A stretch of DNA of 63,364 bases, filler included, from Klebsormidium nitens (lineage: Eukaryota > Plantae > Klebsormidiophyceae): the NCBI GenBank assembly GCA_000708835.1. It is 4 parts of 4 records of this genome, joined end to end, with 100 filler letters (N's around TTAATTAATTAA, not from the genome) between each part and the next. Parts side by side here need not be neighbours in the genome. Positions count along the whole stretch, not along the records: positions 24,786 to 42,717 come from DF237978.1; 3 more parts are not named here. One strand, given 5' to 3'. How positions within the stretch are numbered: the stretch's first letter is position 1; each line of letters begins with the position of its first letter. Shown here piece by piece: positions 24,847 to 37,217 of this stretch. Both the position numbers and the translations under genes were made by a program. The notes beneath the pieces were generated by a model that was not told the origin of the DNA, made no database searches, and was given only the letters and a program-made list of their open reading frames with translations.

Positions 24847-25863
24847 GGCCGCTCAAAGTTATTGAGGTTGACCTTGAGTCGGACGATGAGTCGGACGATG
24901 GGGTGAAGGAGACCCAACCGGTGGATGTGAGCGGCGGAAAAACGGAGTTCCCAACGGAGAAGGGGACGGAGAAGCACGGTGCAACGGAAGCCGTGGGAGC
25001 GGCAGCGGAAGCCGTAGAAGCAACCGCAGCGGAACGCGTGGGAGTACGGATCAACCGGAAGTTGGACAAGGATGAGAGCGGAAAGGTGATGTCGCTAGAG
25101 ACGGGCGGCAAGCGATATCCGGAGCGGGCACGTGTGCCACCGGGAGAATTTTGGAAGGCCGAGACGGAATGGGTAACACCGAAGGCCAAGAAGCGAGCGG
25201 GTTGGAAGGATTAGATGCAAGTGGGACAATTGGTCCGCGTGGGAGTGTTAAGATACGGGGTTCTTTGACGGCCAAATTGTGATCTAGAGGTAGGCGGAAA
25301 TAGAGGGTAGTTTGGCTCTAATTCCATATGTTAGACTTGGAAGGTACTAGCCTTGAGTACGCTCTAATGTCTTGTGCTTGAGTCGTCCATGGAAGCGTAG
25401 GTCTGATGCATAAGGTCGGCCGTACCATTGTGAGCTATTGTGAGCGGTGGATATTCATTCTTGCAAGAATGAATATCCACCGTAGGATGCGCGAAAAGTG
25501 AGCCGTAGAATTGAGTCCATTGTGATAGGGTTCTTTTGTGATGTGTACTTCGGTGTAGCCGGTCGATGGGTTCCTTATAGGCAACGACGAATATGGAGAG
25601 TTTGGCAGATTTACAGGAAAGAAGTTACGTGCGTGGCGGATTAAGATGAAACGGATTGACTGCTTGATGGATGAAGATGGAAGAAATTGAGTGCTTGGCA
25701 AAAATCTAAATCACAAGTAGATGGCACATTAAGACCAGACATATTTGGAAGGATTCGACATTAAGAATCTGGAAAAGGTAGATGCTTTGTGAGAATTAAG
25801 GCGCTTGTGTGTGAGGGTGGTGAATCCCTCGTAGGTTCCAAGCATGAGCGTGTGATTTCAACA
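24847..25863 (+). mobile_element. Internally deleted copia remnant: integrase C-terminal linker, PPT and 3' LTR (25246-25863)
   Basis: LKVIEVDLESDDE...KRYPERARVPPGEFW stops at 25214 and is followed by GCGTGGGAG and then TGTTAAGATACGGGG...GATTTCAACA. No RT sequence lies in between. Confidence 0.6.
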
Positions 25864-25944
25864 TCAAGACGCTAGAAAGGTACTTGCGGAAAAGCAACTT
25901 GACATTCTTGATGTCCAGGAAGTTGGCAAATGCCAGGCCTTATC

Positions 25945-26870
25945 TGTTAGAAGTATTTACGCACTGCCACTCGGGCTACACTAGCGCTAGTGTAGCCCGA
26001 GTGGCAATGCGTAAATGTTGAAAGCAAGCGCCTTGGAGCGCCTTTCAAGTGCACAACTACTAGGAATGGGTGTCCATCACAAGTCAAGAGTCCAAATCAA
26101 GTTCAATCACGTAGCTAGGTCTCTCTAGCTTATGTGGAGTCCTTAATTAGCCTAGGTGGTCCCTTCTTCAAATCGACGGCCTAGCTCCAACTACTCCAAC
26201 AACTACCATCGGACGATCCACACGAATCCCTCTTAATCTGTCCTTAATCGCAATGGTCTCGTATGCGTTCATCTTAATCTGATCTTAATCTGATCTTAAT
26301 CTACGTGCTCTTTACGTTGGTTGTCTTAATCTCGATTGATCTTAATCTTAACCATCTTTAGACGTCAATCTTACAGCACATTAAGATCAATCTCGCTTAC
26401 ATCAAGTCCTTAATCTCGCAAGCATTAAGACCTGAATCTCGGCCCATTAAGACCAAACCTATGCATTACACAATGAACCCTCCATACTACAATGGTATAG
26501 GGCGTAATCAAGACAAAACCTCCTCAATCTCAACAGAGATTAAAACCAAAGACTTCTTAATTCTAACAGAGATTAAGATTAAAGACTCCTTGATCTCAAC
26601 AGTAAATGCTTCTAAGAAAAATGCGGTGACCGGACTAGGTTCGATTCCCAGCAAGAACGAAAAGTTTTGCGGCTGGCTGCGCAAAACGGTTGCCCTGGTG
26701 TAGCGTAAAAAGTGAGCTCAAGAAAGTGGCCGCTTTAAAGTCCTGAGGGCATGGCGTCAGTTACTTCCTTGGTCGGAAGGGGCCTTGGAGGGGAGTGTTG
26801 AGTGACCGGAGAATCCGGGAACCGCATTTTTGTTAAATGTATTTGCTGCCACTTGGGCTACACTGGTTAC
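25945..26870 (+). mobile_element. tRNA-headed palindromic element, interrupted by a solo LTR
   Basis: The palindrome starts TGTTAGAAGTATTTACGCAC at 25945 and resumes at 26607 after the LTR. T-arm-like CTAGGTTCGATTCCCAG at ~26635. An inverted copy of the head lies at ~26813-26865. Confidence 0.75.
26016..26601 (-). mobile_element. Solo LTR with 5-bp TSD GTAAA
   Basis: GTAAA|TGTTGAAAGC...GATCTCAACA|GTAAA. One end is the reverse complement of the LTR end at 39470-39512 that precedes a PBS. Confidence 0.9.
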
Positions 26871-26889
26871 ATTTGGTTCTTAGGTCTCG

Positions 26890-28130
26890 GCCGCTTTATC
26901 ACCGTGGCATTGGTTGTGCAGTCAAGAAAGAGTTGAAAGGTTTCATCAACATTGTCCACACCAATAAAATCCATGAGTTTATGTGGTTGAAGCTAGCCGG
27001 CTTTGGATCTACCCAAGTCACCTTTGTCTGTGTTGTGTACTGCTTGACACAGCGGCACTCTCTTGCGAAACGACAACAATTCTGTGCTCACCTTTTCGAG
27101 TCTTATATTCAATACCTTTCAAAAGGGGAGGTCTTCCTTGTTGGTGGCTTCAACGCGCGGTTGGGTACTCTCACTAGTGATTGGGTTTCGCCAACTCATA
27201 TGGCAAATTGCTCTAGGCTTTCCCGCACTTTGCTTTTGCTGTCTAGGATGTCTTACTGCCCTCCCTTTTGAAAACCAACTTTGGGTGTCCCGCGTATGCC
27301 AACAGATATGAGAATGGCCGCTCCTCCATCATCGACTACTTGGTTACAGTACCTAATCCCCCGTACAAAGCAACACGTTACGGGTGGAATGTGCATCCAA
27401 TTCTTCAAGTGCCAATTGGTTTTAATCACCGCCTTCTTTTTGTAAATTGGCAGGTCAAGTTTGACGTCCCTCAGCTGGAGCACCCCCAATGTACAATTCC
27501 AAACTTCCAGGCTCTTCGACGCCGTGCACATCCTGCATCAATTCCAAGCGACTCTCGCAAGTCAGATGTCAAAGTGGGCAACAAAAGCGACGTACCTTCT
27601 TTTGCAAATCAGCCGACTTGGGGAGTCGTAATGGGGAGGCCCTCACCTCGAGCCTCGTCCAGTTGTACTCCTTTTTGACTGCCACATTCAAGCAGCCGTG
27701 TTTTCATCCGTTCCCATTGAAGTCATTGGTTCAAACTGCCGCTCATGGTGGGACGAGGAAATCAGGAGCTTGTCAATGCGCAGCGAAGCATACTCGACAC
27801 TGCGAAAATATGCTGATTCCATTGGCCCAACCCAAATCCGTGTACACCCTACTTACACCCTCTTCTACATTAGGTACGTACAGCTGCGTCGCGGTGTGCA
27901 CGAGTTGGCTAGCTTGAAAAGTCCCAACAATGGCCCTTGCTTTCAATCTTAGCTTGAAACCGATAACATATCCTCTGACTGCAGACATTTCTTTCATGAA
28001 ATCACCAAACTTCGCCGGCAAGCGCAGCCCTCCTTTCTCAACTTCAATCACGCGGCAAGATGGCGCAGCCACAGTGACTACAAACCCTGCCCATGTGAAG
28101 CCGATACAATCTGATCTGCACTCCGACATG
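26890..28130 (+). pseudogene. Decayed LINE ORF2 (APE endonuclease and linker)
   Basis: WLKL...FVCVVY...VFLVGGFNARLG (GDFNA-like), SSIIDYLV and RSWWDEEI spread over several frames with stops. Confidence 0.75.
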
Positions 28131-29683
28131 AGCGTTAAAAACCTTGATACTGACTGCTTTGATGAATCAAGTAATTACAGATATGAGCGTCTTCATCCTC
28201 TAGGTGAGGCTCTACATGCTCTCATTCGTCCGCATACGGAAGCTGTTAAATTTGTTTATCCACGCAGTGGACTTTTCTGGAAGAGGTCCTTGATCATGGC
28301 CCAGAACTGGTCGACTGGGCCTTCATATATTTCGAGGGCCGCAGGTTTTCGCGGCTTGACTGGCGCAGTTGCGGCTAGGCGCTCGGTCGCTCCTAGTGCA
28401 TCATGCTCCTCCTTCTCACGTTGATATTCTGCAAGCTCGCGCTCGAATGCGCAAAGCGCGCCTCATTCCGTCCGCCCGGATCGCCGGCCATGCGGCTCTC
28501 AAGCTCGCCGGCGCGATCGCGAGCCTGATCCGCGGTCAGTTCCACAAGAAAATCGAAGTAGTTATTGTCATTCAAATTCTTCGTATTTGGTCGTAGCTTG
28601 AGCTTTAACATCTTCGTTTATAGCTCTGTCGCAGATGCGACACAGTCATCCCGCCTAGCCCGCCAGTGAAGCGGCCAGCTGTATGCTCCGCATGCTTATT
28701 ATCCATGTTGTCGTCGGTTTCGACCATCCAACTCACAGTATTATCAGATTATGCAGCACACTCGAAAGTGGCAGGGGACAGAATACTAAGGCTCTCAACG
28801 GTGTAAGTTCCACTGTCAATAGCGGCAGTATGTGACTGTGTGCAGAACTCCCTGCGTGTGTCAGAATCACTCCTACTCTCAATCTCTCTCTCTCTCACTG
28901 TTGATGGGTAAATGTCTAAAATTATACCGGTGCATCACCTCGACATACAAGCACTGGCGCCCCAAGCGCTTAAGCTAACTAGAGTGAGCGGCAAAACTAC
29001 TCTCTTCCCCCCTGCCACGACCTCTGCCGCGCCACCCACCGCGTCCACGCTGGTTGTTTCAACGGTCGTCTCAACCGCGGTCGTCCCAGCGGTGATCGTC
29101 TGCGGCTGTCCTCCCTGCGGTCATGGCGGCGCTCGTCCTGGCGTCTGTCACCTGAACCCACGCAAGGGATAAACGAATCAGACACCGAACTTGTTTGACT
29201 GGCGAACTCACTTCGAAAAAGGTTCAGCGCAAGAATGCTAACCCAAAACCTAACCGGATGTGGCGACGCGCCCCAAAAAAGGAGGGTCAGCACACTGTGG
29301 GCGAACTCACAACAAAGGGTTCAGCACCTGAGCGCGAATCCGTCCGTAAGGACTTTCAGCTGGCCCTTAAAAACTCGATGTAGTCGTTGTTCAGGTAGTC
29401 TCAGAGCTCCACAATAAGCAAGTACGGCCACGCCTTCTGAGGTTACTTGACCTCGTCAAGACCCCTGGGATATTCTGGTTGTTGGCGTGTGCACGTTAAG
29501 TCTCTCTCCCGGTCACTCTCGGGTTACTTTTGCACTAGAACGTTTTGCAATTTTGCTAAACCTCAGAGTGGTTCCTTTGTCAGAACACTAGCGCCCAGAG
29601 AATATGGCCGAAGTTCGCTAGATAGCGAGAGCTTTGCCCTTAGGTTCTCTAGGGGCGCCGGGTGAATATGGCTGATCTACTCA

Positions 29684-29743
29684 GCCGGTCGGCCGGCCGG
29701 GCCGGGCCGGTCGGCCCGGACCGGTCGGCCCGGGCCGGTCGGC
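29684..29743. repeat. GC-rich CCGGTCGGCC/CCGGG micro-repeat
   Basis: About 60 bp composed almost entirely of CCGG/GGCC units. Confidence 0.7.
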
Positions 29744-31971
29744 ATAACTAAGCATAGACTCAGGAAAGGCTCTGGAAGACTGCCGGTGTATACGGCAGGT
29801 CTTCTGCATAGTCCTTTTGTGGGTCTGACTGATCAGTGCGGCTCTTATAAAGTTGAGGCCGACTTTCCTATTATCTGGTGTCCAATAGGAAATAGACTTT
29901 CCTATTGTAGGACCCCTGAAGGGGATCGGTATCAGGTCGGCTTCCTATTGAATAGGAATTGCGACACACCAGTTTTCCCTTTACTTTGAGACCGCAAGCG
30001 GACCGGTGCCGGGCAGCTTAGCTGCCGGGATTCCCGGGAAGTTGCATCCCAAAGCTTGCCGAACTATCTGGGCGAAAGTTCTCGCCATCTAAACGTAAGT
30101 ATGGGAGACGGGAAGCTCCCACAGATAGATGGTAATAGCTGCGCCGGGTGAATACAGCTGCTGCTGTTTCACCCTTGTATTTTCAGGACGTGCGTCCCTT
30201 TGGGAGCGAAGTTTCGGCCCCTATTATTAGGTGATACCTAGGAAAGGTGCCTTTACCAAATTGGGTCTAATTCGGTATGGATCAGGACCCTGCAAAGGGC
30301 CCGCTCTCGTTGTTACCCTTTAAAATATTTGCAGGTTCAATCAGGCGGGCCGGGCCGGGCCGCCACTCCTAGATTGACCTGACGAAAGGGTTGACTTTGC
30401 CTTTGCGACACTTCTCGGAGTGTGTGCAGAATGAACGGCCATCCTATTACTTAGGGACAAGCGTGCTGACTTTATGGGGTCACGAGGTGTCTTCTGTGGT
30501 GCAGGATCCACCGTAAAGTCGCGTGGACACGCTGGCCGCAAAGACCGGCCGCGCGCTTGAAAGGTATAACTTTTCAGCGCCGGTTTCGACCGACGGATAG
30601 AATTGAAACTCTTATCCGACGGTCGAGACTAAGTAAGTAATCCCGGAGTCGAGCGATCGCGTTGACTCTAAAACTTGAGTGCGCTGACTCAAGCTTTGCT
30701 TAGCGAGCTGCATTGCAGGTTCATACATCTCAACAGTCCTTCTCAGGACTGGTTGACTTTAGGACTTGGGCGAGGCGAGCCTTAGCGAAGGAGCCATGGA
30801 CTTCGGTATAAAAGGGCCGACCTTTCTAAGTGAAAGGTCATTCCCATTTATCCAAAGCTCCCAGTTTCCTTGCTTCCCGCTGCCTGCCCTTTGTCGCTAA
30901 ACCGACCACCAAATTCCTTAGGAATTTCTCAACTATTCCGCTGCACGACTCTCGGTCTTTGAGAGTACGTTTCCCGTACTGTGCACAAATCCCAACGCCG
31001 GCCTCAGCGGGGACACGAGGCACCTATGGGGCAATCTGGTCCGTGACACACTGCTCACGGATTTGTCAGACCGCCGTGACCGGGGTGTTGCGCCGGTCTG
31101 TCGAGTAGGTTACACCGGCAAGCAGACGGAGCCTACGATTTTTTAGAACCAGACCTGAGATCGATTCAGTCCGGCGCTCTTGAACGGATTCTACACGTGT
31201 GCCTGGTGGATGAGATCTTACAACTCATGCGTACTTGATCGACCCACTGATTCATACTTTAGCGCCTAGGTAGATTGCAGGTCTTATCAAGTACCCAACA
31301 CTTGTACGAAGCGTACGGATTCGACCTAGAAACGTGCGACGCGTGGCTGTTGACATCAGACGGTGATGTCAAACTTATCCACAATCCAACGATGTCGACA
31401 ATTTGCAAATTTCAAACTTCCAACGTACGATGCGTTACAGACACAGTGCAGTGCACACTGCACACCGCGGTACCTACATATTGAGTATTGTAGACCGTCA
31501 ACCACGACTCAAATAACAACCGACCATGAGGAGCTTTCAAAGTGTCGCGCTTCGATCGCCTTCGCCGGCATTCGTCAAGTTCAAACTTGAGCTTAAAGAA
31601 CTTTCAGCTTATTGCAAATTTTACTATAAACACTTTCGCATCCATTATTATTCTTTCTGAGTAAAAGGTCCAGCATTGTAGAGCATGTGTATCGGTCAAA
31701 AATTGTTTAAGTTATTGAGTGTGTTTATTGAGTAAGATATGTGTTCTTAGGTGCCTTGAAGTGAAAAGTGTGATCCAAAGTGTGGAAACCTGGTCACTTT
31801 GCCGCGACCAATCGGTCACGGGCCGTGACACAGATGCCCTGCAATCGACGTGAACCGCGTCACCGGTATCGACGGTACTCTGATGAGTAATGACCTGTTC
31901 GTCGGTAAACCGTAACAGCCCGTTTTGCACCCTAGATGGCTTGTGGACGCTATCTAGCTATGCGTGCATAA

Positions 31972-32086
31972 TGTTGAGATTTGGGCATTTAGTGTGCGCG
32001 ATCTTCTGGATGACGTCGACGGGAGTTCGACGATAACCGGTAATTAGCAGTTGGCGACTAAATGCGCGCTAGTTACGCTTTACACC
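31972..32086 (+). mobile_element. LTR family X, 5' part, interrupted by family Y LTR
   Basis: TGTTGAGATTTGGGCATTT...GACGTCGACGGGAGTTCGACGATAA matches the reverse complement of 1257-1373. Confidence 0.7.
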
Positions 32087-33062
32087 TGTTCAAAATTCGG
32101 TGATTATAGTCAGCCGAATTACTGTCATTAGGGTTCTGCCCGAGTTAGGGTTTGGACTAGTGAAGGCCGACGTGCGTGTACGGCGGTTGGACGGTTAAAC
32201 CGTTAGGCGGTTTGGAGGTCACTTAGGCGGTTGAGCGCGGCCGTCAGTGTAAGCCGTAGATGAGGATATCGAAGGCTAAGATTGAGTGAGACTGTGAGCT
32301 AGGCAAGTGAGCCTAGTAGTGTGTGACTAGTGAGCCTAGTAGGCTGGTGAGCCAAGTGGAACGGGAGGACCCGTAAGACATATGGTGTAGGAAACCACTA
32401 TTGTGATACATCANNNNNNNNNNNNNNNNNNNNNNNNNNNNNNNNNNNNNNNNNNNNNNNNNNNNNNNNNNNNNNNNNNNNNNNNNNNNNNNNNNNNNNN
32501 NNNNNNNNNNNNNNNNNNNNNNNNNNNNNNNNNNNNNNNNNNNNNNNNNNNNNNNNNNNNNNNNNNNNNNNNNNNNNNNNNNNNNNNNNNNNNNNNNNNN
32601 NNNNNNNNNNNNNNNNNNNNNNNNNNNNNNNNNNNNNNNNNNNNNNNNNNNNNNNNNNNNNNNNNNNNNNNNNNNNNNNNNNNNNNNNNNNNNNNNNNNN
32701 NNNNNNNNNNNNNNNNNNNNNNNNNNNNNNNNNNNNNNNNNNNNNNNNNNNNNNNNNNNNNNNNNNNNNNNNNNNNNNNNNNNNNNNNNNNNNNNNNNNN
32801 NNNNNNNNNNNNNNNNNNNNNNNNNNNNNNNNNNNNNNNNNNNNNNNNNNNNNNNNNNNNNNNNNNNNNNNNNNNNNNNNNNNNNNNNNNNNNNNNNNNN
32901 NNNNNNNNNNNNNNNNNNNNNNNNNNNNNNNNNNNNNNNNNNNNNNNNNNNNNNNNNNNNNNNNNNNNNNNNNNNNNNNNNNNNNNNNNNNNNNNNNNNN
33001 NNNNNNNNNNNNNNNNNNCGAGTACCTCAACTACATTACGACTCCCTACATGAGTTTCAACA
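32087..33062 (+). mobile_element. LTR family Y spanning an assembly gap
   Basis: Starts TGTTCAAAATTCGGTGATTATAGTC and ends GAGTTTCAACA after the gap. Confidence 0.7.
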
Positions 33063-33867
33063 ATCAGCTTGGGCTTTTTGCCGCAATGGAGAGGTAAACT
33101 AGATGCCAAAATTCAGATCCTGTCGAGAAATGGTCGAAAACTCCCGCTGTAGTCTGTTTCCATCCAAAGACTCTGGCTTTTTTGCCCGTCCAACCCTAGA
33201 GTGGACCCTCCTGCAAGAATGAGAATGCGTCCCGCAAAAACGACACTTTAGCGAATCTTGAGCGTGCCATGGCCGCTCCGAAATGAAGCTATTAAAGCTT
33301 CCGTCTCAGTCAACTGCATTTGTGACTTCTTTCCTAGGACCCAGAACGAGATGAAACAGTATTTTCTAAGCTGGCCATCGTTTTGTCGACTCGAGCGAAT
33401 CCCTCGTCGCTTTGCGCTTTCGTTTTTCGCGTCTTCAAAGAGGGGGAGATTACTGCCGCGTCCGGCTTTCCATCTCTCCATCAAGAAGAAGAAAACATCA
33501 CCCACGGGCAACAACAAGCCAAGCTACACGGGTCTACGATGAAACGTCACTCGCCGCTCCGGCCGCAACGAAATGGGGGGTTTGAGAGCACCTTGGGGCT
33601 CTACTCACCTAAAGAGCTGGACCCGGGTCCACCGCCCCCACCGCCGGCCGAGCCTTCAAAGCGGCGCGCGTCTCTGCTTGCCGTAGACCTGCAAGCCCTA
33701 CCGATAGTCTTACTTGGAATTCGCGGAAATAAAGATCACAAAACCGTTGAGAATGAGACCGTGGTCCATTAACGGATGAGACGACGCCGACCCGTTTTTT
33801 GCTTGGCACCAGAACCACTGGGAGGTTATCGACAATCCAACTGTCTGGAACATCAGCTGACGAGATA

Positions 33868-34420
33868 GATTAGAATTCAGTGATTATGGTTACCCGAATT
33901 ACCGTGTGACTAAAGTTCGACCCGAGTTACGGTTTGTACTGGTGAGCGCCGGCGTGAGTGCATGGGGGTTAGGCAGTTTGGAGGTTAGGCGGTTGAGAGA
34001 GCCTGTTGCTCGGCAGCCATGCTCAGTTCATCGATGGCAGCCATGTATTCCAAGAGGAACACACGAAGTGCTTCAAAAGCGGCTTTCTCTCTCCACCAAC
34101 TTCAATCCAAGAATGATGTATCACAATAGTGCTTTTCAACAATATAAGTCTAAGGGGTCTCTTCTATTCCACTGAGCTTACTAGCCTAAGTTGCACACTA
34201 CTACGCTCACTACCCTAGCTCACAGTCACACTCAATTTTAGCTTTCGAGATCTTCATCGACGGCTTACACTGACGGTCCTCTCAATCGCCCAACCTCCCC
34301 ATCGCATAACGATTTCAGCGCCCAACCGCCGCAGCACGCCGGCGCTCACTTATTTAAATCCAAACTCGGGTCGAACTTTAATCAAATGGTAACTTGGCTG
34401 ACCATAATCACGAGATCGAA
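33868..34420. repeat. Two older family Y LTR fragments in opposite orientations
   Basis: ~33868-34010 matches family Y forward; ~34100-34420 matches its reverse complement. Confidence 0.6.
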
Positions 34421-36385
34421 CAAAACAAGATCGGCTTGGCAAACCTGCCCGGTACACCAGTCCAGCGGTCAGTCAATTTCAAAGTGCGCAATCTTGGTAA
34501 ATCTAAAAACTCCAGCGTGGCCGCGGTCCCGCGGCGCCCAAGACAATGTACTAGTTACTCAGCGAAAGGGTTCAAAGTCACTGCAGAAACTCATCTATTG
34601 AGCCACGAATTGTCTTATACCGCTTCTGGCAGCCTCTCGTTCAGATCAACTAGTAAATGATGCCCGGAATGATTGTGTACTGATCAATCATGAATTTTAG
34701 AGTACTCTTCTTATATCCAACGGGCGGATGCTGGCTGCATGCTGTCGCTGATCTGTAGGTTGGTACGAGAAGTCTATGTTTGTGTGAAATGGACCTCGAA
34801 AACGAAGCCTGCCTTCACCGGGAACACACGACTCGCGAGAGGAACTCCTTGTCCTCTGCATTCATCACAGAAAATAGATAAGAAAAGCCCGGAAAAGATG
34901 TCACAAGGAAGGCTACGCTCGGTTCTTACAGCATCACGCGTTGGACACGTGCACTTCAAGCAGCCGCTTTGTAACGGTCATCAACCAGAGCCTCGCAGTC
35001 ACGAGGAAGGACAGAGGCATGCTTGAAAAGTTAGTTCAAGAGGTCACGAAGGCAGGTTGTTGAATCCCTGTATCTGTGAACTGCCATACTCGGGCAGTTG
35101 CCTGAGGTGCATGGCTTGTTGACCAACTAGGACGTTTCCAAGACCATTGGATACCAACAGGACTTCTGATGAGCGCTTCCGTTTCCTCAGCTGAGCAATC
35201 TCTTTGCTAGCTAGGCAAACCCTTCTGAGAGTTTTGGCCAAGCATGCACCACAGGACGCTCTATGACTGACATAGAAACAGGAAGAAGGAAGACTCTGCG
35301 GGGTTGATTCGGTCATCTTCCGCGCTCTGTCTCTCTCAATGCAAGATTGTGTGCAGCAAGAGAGCCGTTCTTGCCTGCCAGCTGCTTGCGGAGGGTGTTG
35401 AAGGACGGCCCCAATGGTATAGCTCGTAGGTCCTAAGCCGCTTCCGAAGATTGAGGAGACCCGCACGCAACGGCCCCTGCTGCAGTCAGCAACAGGCTCA
35501 CGTGCCTATAGTGCACCTCACACCTCGATATAAAAATGACGAGAAGATATGGCTCCTTCTGCTCAGAGAATGATATTTCGAGGATTGCAGTAACAAGAAG
35601 GGTTGAGAGCATGGAAAGTGCGTAAGACAGATGTTAGAGTCGAACTCGTGCCTACGACAAGACTCCAAAGAGCAGTGCAATTCCGATTGCCCCACTTTAC
35701 TTTGGGGATTCTATACACCTCGTGTGCATCAAGCAAGTACTGCACACATTCACATTCCAAAACAACTCCAGGGCCAGTCAATTGTCCACACTGCACACAA
35801 GCCACTTACTAAAACACCTCTGTCAAGCGGTGCAAAGCCGCGCCTCCAAATCTGCAACCTCCCGATCACTGGGAGGTGTATACACGCCGCCTTGCGGGAG
35901 TAGTCACACAATTGTTGTGGCTTGATGGCTGAGCAAAAAGTGAAGCGCTAGAGCCTTTGGTCTTGCTAGGAAAGGATCGTCAGGTGACGGAGTTCCAAGT
36001 GCAGCGCTTCGGCGAAGTGAGAGCTATTGAATCGCGAAGTTCCGAACGTTTGGTATTGTCGTAAAGGCCGTCGGTTCCTGCATTTAAACTACATTCTCCT
36101 AGCAACCCATAAACAGGTCTCACAGTGTATACAGTCGTACTACAAGTCTGCATTACTATATACGTATTGTAACCGCATTTACTAGACGACATGTCGAAAT
36201 ACAGCGTCCTTGGAAGTGATATTGAATCGATCAAGTTCACACAATGTATATGAAGTGTTCCGAGTCTGGCCTATCCTTGGGTATACTACTTGGCTAGTAG
36301 GCTCAGTGGAGCGTACTATGTAAGGCTCAGTGGAGCGTACTACGTAAGTTCGAAATTATCACTCTATACCGTACATCGACGGCTA

Positions 36386-37217
36386 TGTTGAAACTCATGG
36401 TAGGGAGTCGTAGTGTAGTTGAGGTACTCGNNNNNNNNNNNNNNNNNNNNNNNNNNNNNNNNNNNNNNNNNNNNNNNNNNNNNNNNNNNNNNNNNNNNNN
36501 NNNNNNNNNNNNNNNNNNNNNNNNNNNNNNNNNNNNNNNNNNNNNNNNNNNNNNNNNNNNNNNNNNNNNNNNNNNNNNNNNNNNNNNNNNNNNNNNNNNN
36601 NNNNNNNNNNNNNNNNNNNNNNNNNNNNNNNNNNNNNNNNNNNNNNNNNNNNNNNNNNNNNNNNNNNNNNNNNNNNNNNNNNNNNNNNNNNNNNNNNNNN
36701 NNNNNNNNNNNNNNNNNNNNNNNNNNNNNNNNNNNNNNNNNNNNNNNNNNNNNNNNNNNNNNNNNNNNNNNNNNNNNNNNNNNNNNNNNNNNNNNNNNNN
36801 NNNNNNNNNNNNNNNNNNNNNNNNNNNNNNNNNNNNNNNNNNNNNNNNNNNNNNNNNNNNNNNNNNNNNNNNNNNNNNNNNNNNNNNNNNNGGATGTATC
36901 ACAATAGTGGTTTCCTACACCATATGTCTTACGGGTCCTCCCGTTCCACTAGGCTCACCAGCCTACTAGGCTCACTAGTCACACACTACTAGGCTCACTG
37001 GCCTAGCTCACAGTCTCACTCAATCTTAGCCTTCGATATCCTCATCTACGGCTTACACTGACGGCCGCGCTCAACCGCCTAAGTGACCTCCAAACCGCCT
37101 AACGGTTTAACCGTCCAACCGCCGTACACGCACGTCGGCGTTCACTAGTCCAAACCCTAACTCGGGCAGAACCCTAATCACAGTAATTCGGCTGACTACA
37201 ATCACCGAATTCTAATA
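36386..37217 (-). mobile_element. LTR family Y, reverse orientation, spanning an assembly gap
   Basis: TGTTGAAACTC at 36386 is the reverse complement of the Y end; 36890-37217 is the near-identical reverse complement of 32087-32413. Confidence 0.75.

Noticed and set aside
28900-31100. Short ORFs and repeat-like sequence, possibly LTR/gag debris
   Set aside because: No recognisable protein motif or definable termini.
32398-33109. Long ORFs made mostly of X (also 36327-36969 and 49953-50852)
   Set aside because: Artefacts of translating through N gaps.
35563-35805. Cys-rich ORF (CVQC...CEC)
   Set aside because: Short, with no supporting splice sites or family pattern.
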